From Laetmonice hystrix (Eukaryota): a stretch of 64,000 bases of DNA. The notes beneath the pieces were generated by a model. It made no database searches. It was not told the DNA's origin and worked only from the letters and a program-made list of their open reading frames with translations. The position numbers and the translations under genes were made by a program. The stretch lies in NCBI GenBank assembly GCA_965235115.1, contig OZ249436.1, positions 31,002,001 to 31,066,000 of the forward strand, given 5' to 3'. Shown here piece by piece: positions 22,501 to 33,000 of this stretch (position 1 is its first letter; the number at the start of each line of letters is the position of its first letter).

Positions 22501-25500
22501 ACGATAACTTTTTTCAATGAGGAAGTACAGTCAAACGACATTGATAGAGAGACTGACTTTTTATTTACTGCAAGCGGTATAGCTCTTATGATGTCAACTG
22601 ACATCATTGCGTAATGAAACGATTACACTTAATTATGAGAAGGAAGAAGCGCGTGTCGAACGCCCAGTCAGTTCCCTCTCCCACCTTGCCTCCTCGATCT
22701 GTAAACGTCTTTCTTCAATTTCAAGTCTCCTCCTTTCAATGGCCAAACGTTCTTTCTCAACTGCCAGCAATTCTTGGGAGCAACTTGTTTGGGACGGCGA
22801 AGACGTACAGACGGACTTGCGACGTTTAGATTGTGGGGCATCAGTAGTCAGTTGGTCGGGAAGGGTGACAGGCAGCTCGGTACCTAAATGTGGTTGCACT
22901 GACTCCTCTTCAAATGGGGTGGCAGGCCGGCTATGTTTCGAAGCCGATGAGTAGGTTGACGGAGTCTCAAGAAGGGCGGATTCACGGCATTCTGTTGGAG
23001 CGGGACAATCGCTACAACTCGATTCCTTTCAGTAGAAAAGAAGGTTTCATTGTTAATAATCTGTGTCAGAATAAAAAAAAAGATGGCTACAGAATTGAAT
23101 AGTGGGGAAGTATGGATCTACCTCTTTCTTAGGACGAGATTTCAAATAATCCCATTTATTTGGTTTGGAATAAAATACATTATATCTTAGCACATGAAAT
23201 AGTATCTCGTGAGAATTCTTAGACTTGCTTACCATCTGAGTTGTTGCAGTGTCTATCCCGCCAACTATTCCATGGATAGCTGTGTTACCAATAAGGCTTA
23301 CAATCCGTTCCTCCACATCTGTCAGTTCACGGGTATTTGCTTCACCTCCACCTGTTTTTCTAATGTCCTTTTTTACTTCATTGGCCCGTTTCTTAGTACG
23401 AGATTTCAAATCATCCCATTTCTTCCGCAATTCCCCAACTGTACGTTCAGCGGGTGACACAGAGTTTACAGCAATTGCAATGTTTTTCCACATTGCCTCT
23501 TTTTTGGCATTAGTGACATTATCGCTGAATTTGCTTGACAACAGTTTGTAATTTTCTTCTACCCTATCTACAAGTATGCCAACCTCACGATCTGTGAAAT
23601 TGCTTCGGCGTGTTCTCTTCGTTTCAGTCGCCATTTCTATTTGCAGTAGGTTGAATTCTGTGATGGATGTTTATTTATAGGGCTACCCGGGCGTGCGTAC
23701 AGTCAAGTCGGAAATAAACTACAGTGTAGGGCCCGATAGTCTTCTTGCACTTTGTGACCTTTTTCTTTTTATTCACACTCGCAGCTGCTGCGAGGTTGCT
23801 AACATGCGGGGTCGATGCGTGAGCATTTGTGAATACCGCGCCTCGCAACGCAAGTGTCCTCGCATGGCCCTCGCAAGTCTACTCGTAGCGAACTGCGAGA
23901 TCGCAAAATTGCGAGACTTTAGTGCATAAGGCCCCAGAGCTATAGGCGCGAAGCGCACAAGCCCCGCAGATGCGAAGTATAGGCCTACTAGTAGGCCTAC
24001 ACGAGGCAAAAGGTGCGAAGTCCGCGTGTGCTGAGAGCACAAAGCCTAGTTAGGCGGGTCCAGGGTCATGGCCCCCCAGAAATGATTTGAATTTAAGGTG
24101 TATTTTGGTGATATCTGGTGCATTTTGGAGCACAAAATAACTGAAGTTAGGGAGATCTTGGACTGTGGTGGGCCAAAAATTCACTTGTGACGTAACATAT
24201 TTATGTAGTAGCGAGTGCGCGGCCAGATCTTTATTGCTAACAATGCATCAGTCAGACTACCAGTGCGCGGCCAGTGTTTTTATGCTAGGACTAATAATTT
24301 TTAGTCAGTCTGCGAGGGCGCAGCCCGAATACTGGAACAAACATAGTAAATCAGTATGATAGCACATGAGTGCCATATCAAATCAGGGTAGCTGGCGCGG
24401 ATCGAGGGGAGGGGGCGTATGGGCGCACCCCCCCCCCCTCTTCACCAGCACGATACAAAATTACAGACAAAATAGGTAGTCACCAATCGGAATCCCCCTC
24501 CAAGATTCTGAGCCCCACGCCTCCTCCCGTTTGGGAAAACACTGGATCCGCCCTGGGTAGCAGTACGGTGAAATGAATTAACACCCATGACCCCTTTCAA
24601 GGCACTAGCCAAGATTATTCTGGTCATTTCCGGTTTCGATGGCCGCCATATTGGATTTCGTGGCCATATTGAAATTTGAAAGTTAGAAATGGATGCAGCC
24701 CTCGGATAACCCGCGGAATTGACTCAAAATTGGTCCACTGAGAGCTGAAATAGGCCCCTATAGCTACTTCCAGTTAAATGGCAGCCATCTTGGAATTGGC
24801 GGCCATCTTGATTTCGAATATGTCACATAGGCAATCAGCGTTCATAACAATTCCTAAAACCATTCAGAGATTATAGAAATGTCGAAAAAAGAAAACATAC
24901 CCAAAGGCGAATAGACCAACTTACACACACATTGAATTTCTCAAAGGGGCGAATCAGGGCGAATCCGACTACGGAACGAAATTTTGATTTTCTCAAAAGG
25001 GCGAATTTGTGCTTTGCATTTCCGGTGGTTGTATCCACAACTTCCGGTCGGACGAGTCTGAGGTTCTTAATGTTTTAAAAGGGACTGAATGTTTATTTGC
25101 ATGAAGCATACTTTACTTTGCAGTTTCATGTAATATTTGATACAAAGAACCCGTCCAAACTTTAGCCACATTTTTTTATGCGATTTTCTCAAAACGTCAA
25201 AATTCGGGATTCGCCCCTTCGAGAAAATCATAACGAAATTACAAATGTTTCTGTCAAATTCACGTATTTTGCCTGTTTAATTACAGTTATTATAACTGGC
25301 AGCTGGGACGCCAGTGAAATTAACTGTAAAAATACGCAGCTATTTTTTACAGTGTATCTGTAAACTTGTGACTAGGTATGAAATACGTAGGTTATTTAAT
25401 TTTTAATACCTGACATGATTGTATTGTACATAGTGGTCCTATTGACGAGAAGTGTATAGAATGAACCTGGTAGGGCAAGGTCCCTCGTGTTCTCCGCCGC

Positions 25501-26693
25501 TCTGGCCAGAACTAAACGCAGGTCTTCGTCTGCCTCCTCCATGAAAACGTCTGAAGGTGAAGGGTCGTCATTATCAAATGGATGGGATGGGAAAAGTGCA
25601 TTGATGGTGCGGTGGGATAATGGCGATGATGATGATGATGACACTGGGGGATCCAGGGGGGCCAAGGGGCCCGGCCCCTCCTTAAATTTTCCTTCACCCC
25701 CTTTTTCAAGAAGATGCATTATTCGGGCCCTGAAACCAGGATTCCAACAACAGTCTTTAAAAAAAGCCTCCTATATTGTACGTGATAGTAACACCGAGCC
25801 TAAAAGTAGCCTGGTCCCTGGTGCCTTACCATACGCATCCGCTTGATGTTAGGCCCGGTGATGGCTAACAGAAAGCTGTAAAACGGAAGTGGTGATCTCC
25901 AAGCACTTCCGCCTCGGAGCTAATCACTTCCGCCTCCGGCGTTAACAGAGTGATTGACTTCTGCTTGGAGCGTGGCCGGGAGTGGCCAACAATAGCAACA
26001 TGCCCATGCGTATGCAGACCGTAGCAGGTGTGGGGACTGCTGACGCTGTGTTTACATCCAGAAAAGCGAGGACATTTAACACTTGTATTTTAAAGGGATT
26101 GGCGAAAATATTTGTGTCTTGTTGGAGAAATACGGAGGGTACGGAACTATACCTCGTTTGCGTCCATGTTTTCGATGGGCCAATCACAACGCTTGCTTCG
26201 ATTGGCCATCACCAGGCTTTATATACGAAGTCAATATAGAGCTGGGGACCAGGCCAAGCCTAAAAGGGCCTCCTCAGTCATCCAGTAGCAACATAACTCT
26301 GGGCCATGCAGCATTGAAATAGATCAAAAGGGGCCCGAAATGGCCATGATCACACTACAATCTAAAACAAATTTTGGTGCCCCCCCCATCAAAATCCTGG
26401 ATCCCCCACTGTGATGAGATCATGGCAATAAAGGTTTTATATAGTCAAAAACTGTAGAGAAAGTCTGGGTCCAAATAGGTCCCAATGTTACGCCTTCGTC
26501 AGAAATCCATCTCTGATCAAATGGTGCTGTCAATTAGACCCAGTCAAAGGGAAGAGCGAAGAAAAAAAGTAATATCCAGATCCTAAGAACGAGCTAGGTA
26601 CTTACATACAGGAGGTACTTGCAGGCCTACCGTCCATGTCACCAGTACAGTAACGAAACCATAGGAAACAAACTGCCATGCTTGCTGTCCCAT
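13557..26693 (-). CDS. IR25a/IR8a-type ionotropic co-receptor-like protein (gene 2), 16 exons, ~871 aa
   Basis: Exons 26606-26693, 25410-25550, 18640-18900, 18236-18414, 17649-17831, 17394-17522, 17209-17313, 16802-16897 (acceptor uncertain; 16924 is also in frame), 16393-16584, 15978-16132 (GC donor), 15660-15838, 15296-15423, 14713-15018, 14360-14523, 14015-14237, 13557-13643. Motifs: EPPFVM..YTGYTIDVL; TVTLQRSEMVDFTIPYYD; LDRFSPYSYQN; TFTANLAAFLTASRL; TPVDSLTDLA; co-receptor extra loop IEDTFYDRWKEMSL..AVWDYPLGDKFTKMW; CDLAVVGDQFSNKPFA; GITMDTVGGVFI. IR25a versus IR8a orthology needs a phylogeny. Confidence 0.9.
17877..18116. repeat. 40-bp minisatellite, 6 copies
   Basis: Unit aatgattgacggactgcaatatggttgacggaacggaagt; in intron 4 of gene 2. 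Confidence 0.9.
21195..22507 (+). CDS. Harbinger DDE transposase (HARBI1-like), 2 exons, ~353 aa
   Basis: Exons 21195-22032 and 22284-22507 (GT-AG, phase 1). FRM..F motif region, helix-turn-helix-like GISQSSVSRIV, catalytic GCIDGS, LLGDSAYP, IEGTFGRWK; also WPGSAHDA and LHNIC. No stops or frameshifts. Confidence 0.93.
22633..23634 (-). CDS. Harbinger Myb/SANT-like (trihelix, NAIF1/MSANTD-like) DNA-binding protein, 2 exons, ~264 aa
   Basis: Exons 23233-23634 and 22633-23025 (phase 0). RRSNFTDRE..W..IA..VNS..RT..ELRKKWDDLK..KTGGG; C-terminal coiled-coil-like EKERLAIERRRLEIEERRL; AATAAA on - at 22560-22565. Confidence 0.9.
24392..24555. mobile_element. GCGGATC-family MITE, 5-bp TSD
   Basis: ctggcgcggatc...gatccgccctg flanked by ggtag/ggtag. 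Confidence 0.7.
25642..26411. mobile_element. MITE (CACTGGGGGATCCAGG...CCTGGATCCCCCACTG) containing a nested insertion
   Basis: TIRs visible; flanks tgatga/tgatga, within a GAT repeat so the TSD length is ambiguous. Confidence 0.7.
25807..26256. mobile_element. Non-autonomous element with TAGCCTGGTCCC TIR and 10-bp TSD (AcademH-like)
   Basis: TAGCCTGGTCCC...GGGACCAGGCCA; perfect direct repeat agcctaaaag at 25797-25806 and 26257-26266. Confidence 0.7.
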
Positions 26694-27599
26694 TGTTAAA
26701 CCTTGAATTCACTCCGCCATAATGATCACATTGTCTTTGTCAGAACTTCAGTCCGAACCTGGAGTACCGCCCTGCGCACATGCGCAGTAGCGTTCCTCGG
26801 TACGAATCTCCGGCCGCGCGTGCGCATTCAGTATACGCCATGAAACTAGCTTTACCTTGGCCGGTTGGAATCAATGATGGCTTCCACCTGGCGGATCCAA
26901 CAACATCATTGATCTCCCACGGAGAGCATCCTTCGTCAAGACGCACGAGCAACTATTTACATCCGTGTGCATATTAAAGACACAGGTGTTTGCCCACACG
27001 GTACACGCCGTTTTAGAACTACAGGACTTCGATGGCATGACAATCATGTTAGTCTTACTCAAGGAGTCGATTGTCAACTTATAATGTTACAACCCTATCT
27101 TTATCACATGAATGTATTTATGGAATTTAACTAAACGTGTCTTGCATAAACGGCGCATGCAAAAATATGTTTATCTGAGGAGGACGTTTCTATATAGAAT
27201 TTCAAAGCGATCAATTAGGCAATTGCCATTCTAAATTTTGATCATCAGTTGACTTAAAGCATGTAACTTCATATTGCAACTATCTTTTCAACAAAGATGT
27301 TGGGTTTGTTGAGTATAAGAATTTCCAATAACTTTAAGTTCTAAAAAGTGCTTCGTAATTCACACAACTCCCATTATAGCATTCAATCACTTTATTCCAT
27401 TGAGGAGGACGTTCTATAGTATACCATTCTATTTAGTATGGAGTATACATGACATTGAACCAATTGCATTTTCTGTTAGAAAAATTCCAACTATTTCCGA
27501 TATAGCTACCTGCATGTTTGCAAATTCATCTGAGACCAGATGCCAATCGTGTTTGGTAGAATATTATCGCCTTGGCCTGTCGTATACATGTACATGAAA

Positions 27600-27770
27600 A
27601 CCGGTTTCGGTACATCGGGGCCATGCATGGTTTCTGTTACCGAAACTGAGCGAGTTTACCGAAACCGACGCTGGCATATACCGACACCCACCTGCCGATT
27701 GCGATGAAGTCGGTCAGTTTCGGTCGGTTTTAGTCAGTTTCGGTCGGTTTCGGTGTTTTGTGGAACCGGT
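27600..27770. mobile_element. Small foldback/MITE-like element
   Basis: accggtttc...ggaaccggt ends with internal accgaaac/gtttcggt repeats in mirror arrangement. Confidence 0.45.
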
Positions 27771-28680
27771 GCTCGCGGGTAGGAATGTCAACAAGCCGAG
27801 GTAAAACGCGATCTTTTTTTACCGTCAGCGAAGAATGACACGTTTCCTAGTCCAGTTTCGTTATTGTTTCTCAGTAAATCGACACGGTAGATCGTTGTGC
27901 AGACAGGACAGGTTATCTCTGGAAAAGTTGATGTAATTGGATCCCTTTAAGAAGTTCTTTCCCAATCGCTCTATCATGATAACAGACCACCGAGGTGTCA
28001 GATCATGGCTAATATCAAATAGCATCACACGTCATACCATGACACCTCTAGAGTTGACATGTTATTAGAGGCGTCACGTTGTCCAATTCTACACCAGTTG
28101 GTTACCTCCTCCATTACGCAACGAAGTTAGGCCTAAATTTGATGTGAAGGGTGTTTGTGAATAACTCTTCCATCTGGCCGCATATCTGGCACCTTTTTAT
28201 GTGTACATTGTGAACAGTTTTCCGACGTTGCTCCTTCAGTAAACAAGATATACAATGTTTGTATTATGACAGTCGCTTGTGGCACAATGCATGGTCATGG
28301 ATGCAAGTCGAACTACGAAGAACCATATATGGGGAAATGCACTGTCGTACTTTTCAATGTGGTTTCAATGCTTTTCCACAGTATGACACTTACAATGAGA
28401 CAGGTCATTTGTTGCCATGCAAATAGCACTGGAAACCCCCTTAATAATTCAAACGAATACACACAGTATACAGCTCAAATACTGTCGCGGACCTTGGTCG
28501 ACAACGTCCTGGCTTGGCTCTGGAGAACGTAGGCCACTCAGAGAGGACACACGCGCTCCTTTACGTCCGCTTCAGTCTACAAATCATAATGAATGAATGT
28601 AGCGTCCATTGTTTAATCAGTTTATTTGCTTAATTGTCAGAGTCCTAAAATAAAGACTCTGACCAGTTAATTATAGGTTC

Positions 28681-28831
28681 CATAGGCGGATCCAGGATTT
28701 TGTAAGGGGGGCCAAAATCCTTGGCGCCCCTTCAAATTAACAGAAAACAATAGAAAAAAAAATTAAAAACTCGGGCTGGGGGGGGGGGCAAGGCCCCCTG
28801 CCCCCCCCCCCCCCCGCCGGATCCGCCAATG
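28681..28831. mobile_element. GGCGGATCC-family MITE, 5-bp TSD
   Basis: cataggcggatcc...ggatccgccaatg; TSD ggttc/ggttc. Confidence 0.8.
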
Positions 28832-30033
28832 GGTTCCCTTGATTGTTTTGAAGAGTTTAGCGCGCATTTCACAGCTCAAGCGTATAATGTGACGTATTCT
28901 AACGGACGAACCCCAACTATACGTGTCGACCTACCTATACATGTATAGATCTACCTGCCGTATCTTCAAAAAGGTTCTCTGTCTGAATTCCAACTTTCCA
29001 AATTCTGTATTAAGACACCAACCAAGTTCGACTGGTGAAGTGCCGTTAAACAAGAGACTATTGAAAGAGGACATGCAGTATTTGTCGCTTATAAGCATCT
29101 ATAGTTCGTATTTCATTTCTATGCACGTTGCAATGTTGACAATGGATCAGATTGGTAGGCCATGCGGCCGCCAGGCATGCCGTGCATGCTATTCGCCTAT
29201 CCGGGGTTGCATAAACGAGGCCCAAACATTTAATACCCCTAACATTCACACAGATATCGCCAAAATGTCACGTTTCGGACAAGTTGTCAGTATCCAAACC
29301 TGTTTATCTTAAACACACAAACGGAACATGGTGATATCCGTTTTGATTGGCTGTATTCAACTGTACCGGAAGTTGCTGCTGATAATTTCTCAGCTCTATT
29401 TTCTAAAGGGTAACAAATTTATTGTTAAGGTCCCTCCAGAAACAAACATTTCAGTCAGCATTTCTAAGAAAGGCGATTCAGTGCAAAGATTGAGAGGCGA
29501 TGAAGAAAACCTATAGAGAAGGAATAGGGATTATTGATGAGAGGAAGATATCATAAGCACACTATAATTATCTCCTAACACAAATATCCAACTGTCAGAC
29601 CGAACAATGTGAAGAGAAAGTGGAGGAGACACTATAAGGACTCTTCATGTTTCACTCGCTACAGTTTGTTTGATTATGCCACGAGGTCAACAACCGGGAG
29701 GATACACCCGCCTTCCGCGCTGAGGTTCAGGGACGGCAAACGGTATCGAAACATCATCAATAGCAGCTTGTAGATTACTGAACACTCTAAGGTTCTTTTA
29801 AACGGGGAGGCTTCATTTGGGAAGGAGAAATCCGCTCTCAACAAACGTTACCTCGCTGCAAGTTTAATGGCGATGACCAAGCGGTTTGGACCAATCGATG
29901 AATACTTAGTACAATGTCTTCCGGTTGGATTGAGTCCTCGAGAATGACAGAAGTGGGAGAATTGTGAAACTGGAATGTTGTTGTTGCTGTTTGTAAACAC
30001 CTGTAAGTGACGACGTTCCGGGCTGATGGAATA

Positions 30034-33000
30034 ATGGGAGGCTTAGGAACATACAGCGGAGTGTATCTCTTCATTATATGGGTGTCATTCCTGGACGGCA
30101 CGGCCACGTCCAAGGAGGCGGCAAACGACATTCAAATCGGTAGGTGCCGATATCTCGGAACATAGAATATAAGACGTACTTGATTAGTTGTATTTAAATG
30201 TGACTGCTTTTCCTTTAACTTCTTTTCAATATGCGTAGTTACTCTTCAGACACGAAGACTACCGTAGGCCTACTGACTATATTTTTTCTCTCTCCAAAGT
30301 TGTACTTCTTGACCAGAACACCAAGGACGATTTGCTGTGGGCAGTAGCGCGTTTCATGAACATTACGATGCAAGTGGAATCTCATGTTAACGTCGGGTTG
30401 TGGACCTTACGTATCCCGGAGGAACCAGCCGGACTTTATAATGGTAGGTGCAATGAAGGATTTTACATTGAACAGTAGAACAGGATGGCATGGCAAGAAA
30501 GGGCTTGCTCAGTAACAATCAGGGAGAAGACCGTCAGTTTTACTAGTAATGAAAACAGGAGTAGGGCCCGTAGAAACATGATGCAAAGTATTGTCAATAT
30601 AGGATGCGATCAATATAATATGCGATGAACTGCTCCTTTATCAAAGTGTGATGGTTCTGAACTCCTGCAGATTGTACTTCTCTATGTGAATACTTTAATA
30701 ATAGTGATGATAAACCGGAATTATCAGTATGACTTGACAATATTTTCAATGATCGTTTACAGTAATTTCAACCTCTCGGATGCTTATCGACCATTCCACT
30801 CCGGTTCTGGTGTCTACGTCATGTGATACCGAAGGGCTCATGACGTCACTATTTTATGGGCACCAGTCACAGGGCGTCATCGTGACGCCATCGGGATGTC
30901 CCGAGACAAGAAGTGACGACAGTGTCTCGAACGTTCTTCATATTAGGCCAAGGCCATCTTGGATATATGACTGCATCAGTGACATCATTCGAATAAATGA
31001 ACTCTACTGGGACACCGTTCATGTACTATATGACGAGTCCGTTGGCAAGTAAATCGTTTAGTTTCCTTTGGGGGAATTAGATCTAATCTTAGATTTTCTA
31101 TATAGGCTTCCAAAGAAATAAAAGAACGCCATGACATAACATTACGTCATGACGTCAATGCGTCGAGTATACTGTACATGGTGAGCAACTTTATCTTAAG
31201 CGCGAAATTAGACCTAATTAATGAACGTGTCTGCATGCTATTCGTGAGGCCTACTACTTTTGTTATTTTGAGAAGGGGCGTGAATTGGCCTCATTAGGCG
31301 ATGTAGAAAAGAGAAAGGAAAACTTCAAGTCGTTCTTTTCTGTACCAGGCCCATGTGACGGGCTCAATGTGACTTCTACTTTATTGCCTATAAATCCTTG
31401 ATGCAACAGATCCTGAAAGCATTTCCAAGTTCCTCATAAAGCACACCTCCACCGGAAAGCATTTTGTGGCACACGGCATCACGTACAGGGTTTCTGATGT
31501 CGCTCATTTCCGGCGTGCTGTACGCAGACACCTTGAACAGATCGTCCAGAACCACGAGCTACCTACAGACAACGGCGACGTGTTAATCCTCGTCTTATAC
31601 ACAGAAGAGCACGTGACCGTAGTTCTCAAACAGGTGTAGTATAAAACTGTAGTACTACTACTGTAGTATTACTAAACTTGTATGAATTTGTTAATAGGGC
31701 CTTGGACTTGGTAGACGTCGTTCTAGAGAAGTTGTGACCTTCATAACTGGGTCGAAATCACGTCATTGCTACCCGATCTTTCAGCGACTTTTCTTCAATG
31801 GCGACTGCCAGAAACTTCATTGATTCCCATAGAAACGTCGGAGTAGACTGGTCGAAGTGTGCTGCAAGATAGACGTTGTCTACTTTGACAGTGATCATTC
31901 TATTGTTGCAGGCAGAACTTCTCCATCTCACAAGGAAAGAGTTTTCATGGGTGATTGCGGGAGAGGACCTGCGCACAGAAACGTTTGATATCAGCCAGTG
32001 GACTGCTGACAACCTTGTCTTCATACAAACCGACCTACGGCAGATAGTCAAAGAGAAAGAGTGTCCCTACGGACTTCGATTGTTTGAAGAAGATGGTACC
32101 AACAGTAATTTCACGGTTAGCTCTAATATACGGAAGGCATTTCGAATTTTTAATGTTTCAGTTTTTGCCGATCATATTAAGCACCTTTATCAGACTTATT
32201 GAAGAATGAAAGAGAGTAATTAAAGAAAGAAACCTTGCCTTTTCAGAATGTGGATATCTACACAGCCGAAGCGTTGTTATTGTTAACCCGACTGGCCATG
32301 GCCTCACTAAATACATCCGGCTGTTTAGAGGGCCAAGGGATTGCCATCAGTCATTTGATGAGAGAGGTAACTAACAATAACTCTAGGCCTTGGCCCCTAG
32401 AAACAAATATTTATTACGTGTTACCTATTGCATTACCGATCGCGCACATCTTAGTATATAAAACTACATTCTGACATGAGGATATGAAGTTATTTATTTT
32501 TTTATTTGACTTCAGGGAATATATAAAGGCATTGCACATGGATTTGAATACGACGGATATGGTTTCAACAGTAAAGTAATCTTCCATATAAAGCGCGCCG
32601 AAAAATTTGTCGAAGGAGACATCAGTACAGTTCAACTGGTCTTGTTGGCGACGTGGATTAATGACGGTGGCCTCAGCCCTCCGAGAGCTGCTATCTTCTC
32701 CAACCATTTCGTCGACTTCGGTTATAAAACTATCCGTGTTGTCATGATCGAGGTATTTCGTTTCAGTTGTACGATGGTTAATGCAGTAAAGAGGGCTTGA
32801 TAAAAATTCAAGACAGTGTGGAAAGTAAACTCAAACTCATTTGATCGGCGATCGGGGACTATCCTTTCCGTCGTAAAGTTAAGTGTATAGTGAAAAAAAC
32901 TGTTGTGCCCAATGATGTTCGGCACATTGTGTCTAAAGATGTAAACTGCCCTTTTCAGACGAAGCCGTTTGTTTTTAAAACGTTTAACGCCTCCGCCGAA

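Larger units (their letters stand above)
20995..23934. mobile_element. Autonomous-type PIF/Harbinger DNA transposon
   Basis: TIR GGGCCT(C/T)ATGCACTAAAG at both ends; flanks cgg/cag (CWG-like 3-bp TSD with one mismatch; ends uncertain by 1 nt); convergent transposase and Myb/SANT genes; repeated TCGCAA/TTGCGA subterminal motifs. Confidence 0.9.
19280..25235. mobile_element. TIR DNA transposon with 4-bp AAAT TSD (Sola1-like), non-autonomous
   Basis: TIR CGTCATGACTTTCTCGAAGGGGCGAATC vs reverse complement of the right end CGTTATGATTTTCTCGAAGGGGCGAATC; TSD aaat at 19276-19279 and 25236-25239; patchy inverted arms (19621-19688 vs 24742-24817). The AWWT TSD suggests Sola1; the superfamily call is inference. 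Confidence 0.7.
19151..25354. mobile_element. CACTG-terminated (EnSpm/CACTA-like) non-autonomous element; outermost layer of a nest
   Basis: Perfect TIR CACTGTAAAAAATA (19151) / TATTTTTTACAGTG (25354); TA on both flanks; internal ctgtaaa/tttacag motifs; ~250 bp once the inner insertion is removed. Confidence 0.8.

Noticed and set aside
21186..22507. Domesticated HARBI1/NAIF1 host genes
   Set aside because: Both genes sit between TIRs inside nested transposons within an intron, which fits a transposon rather than domesticated loci.
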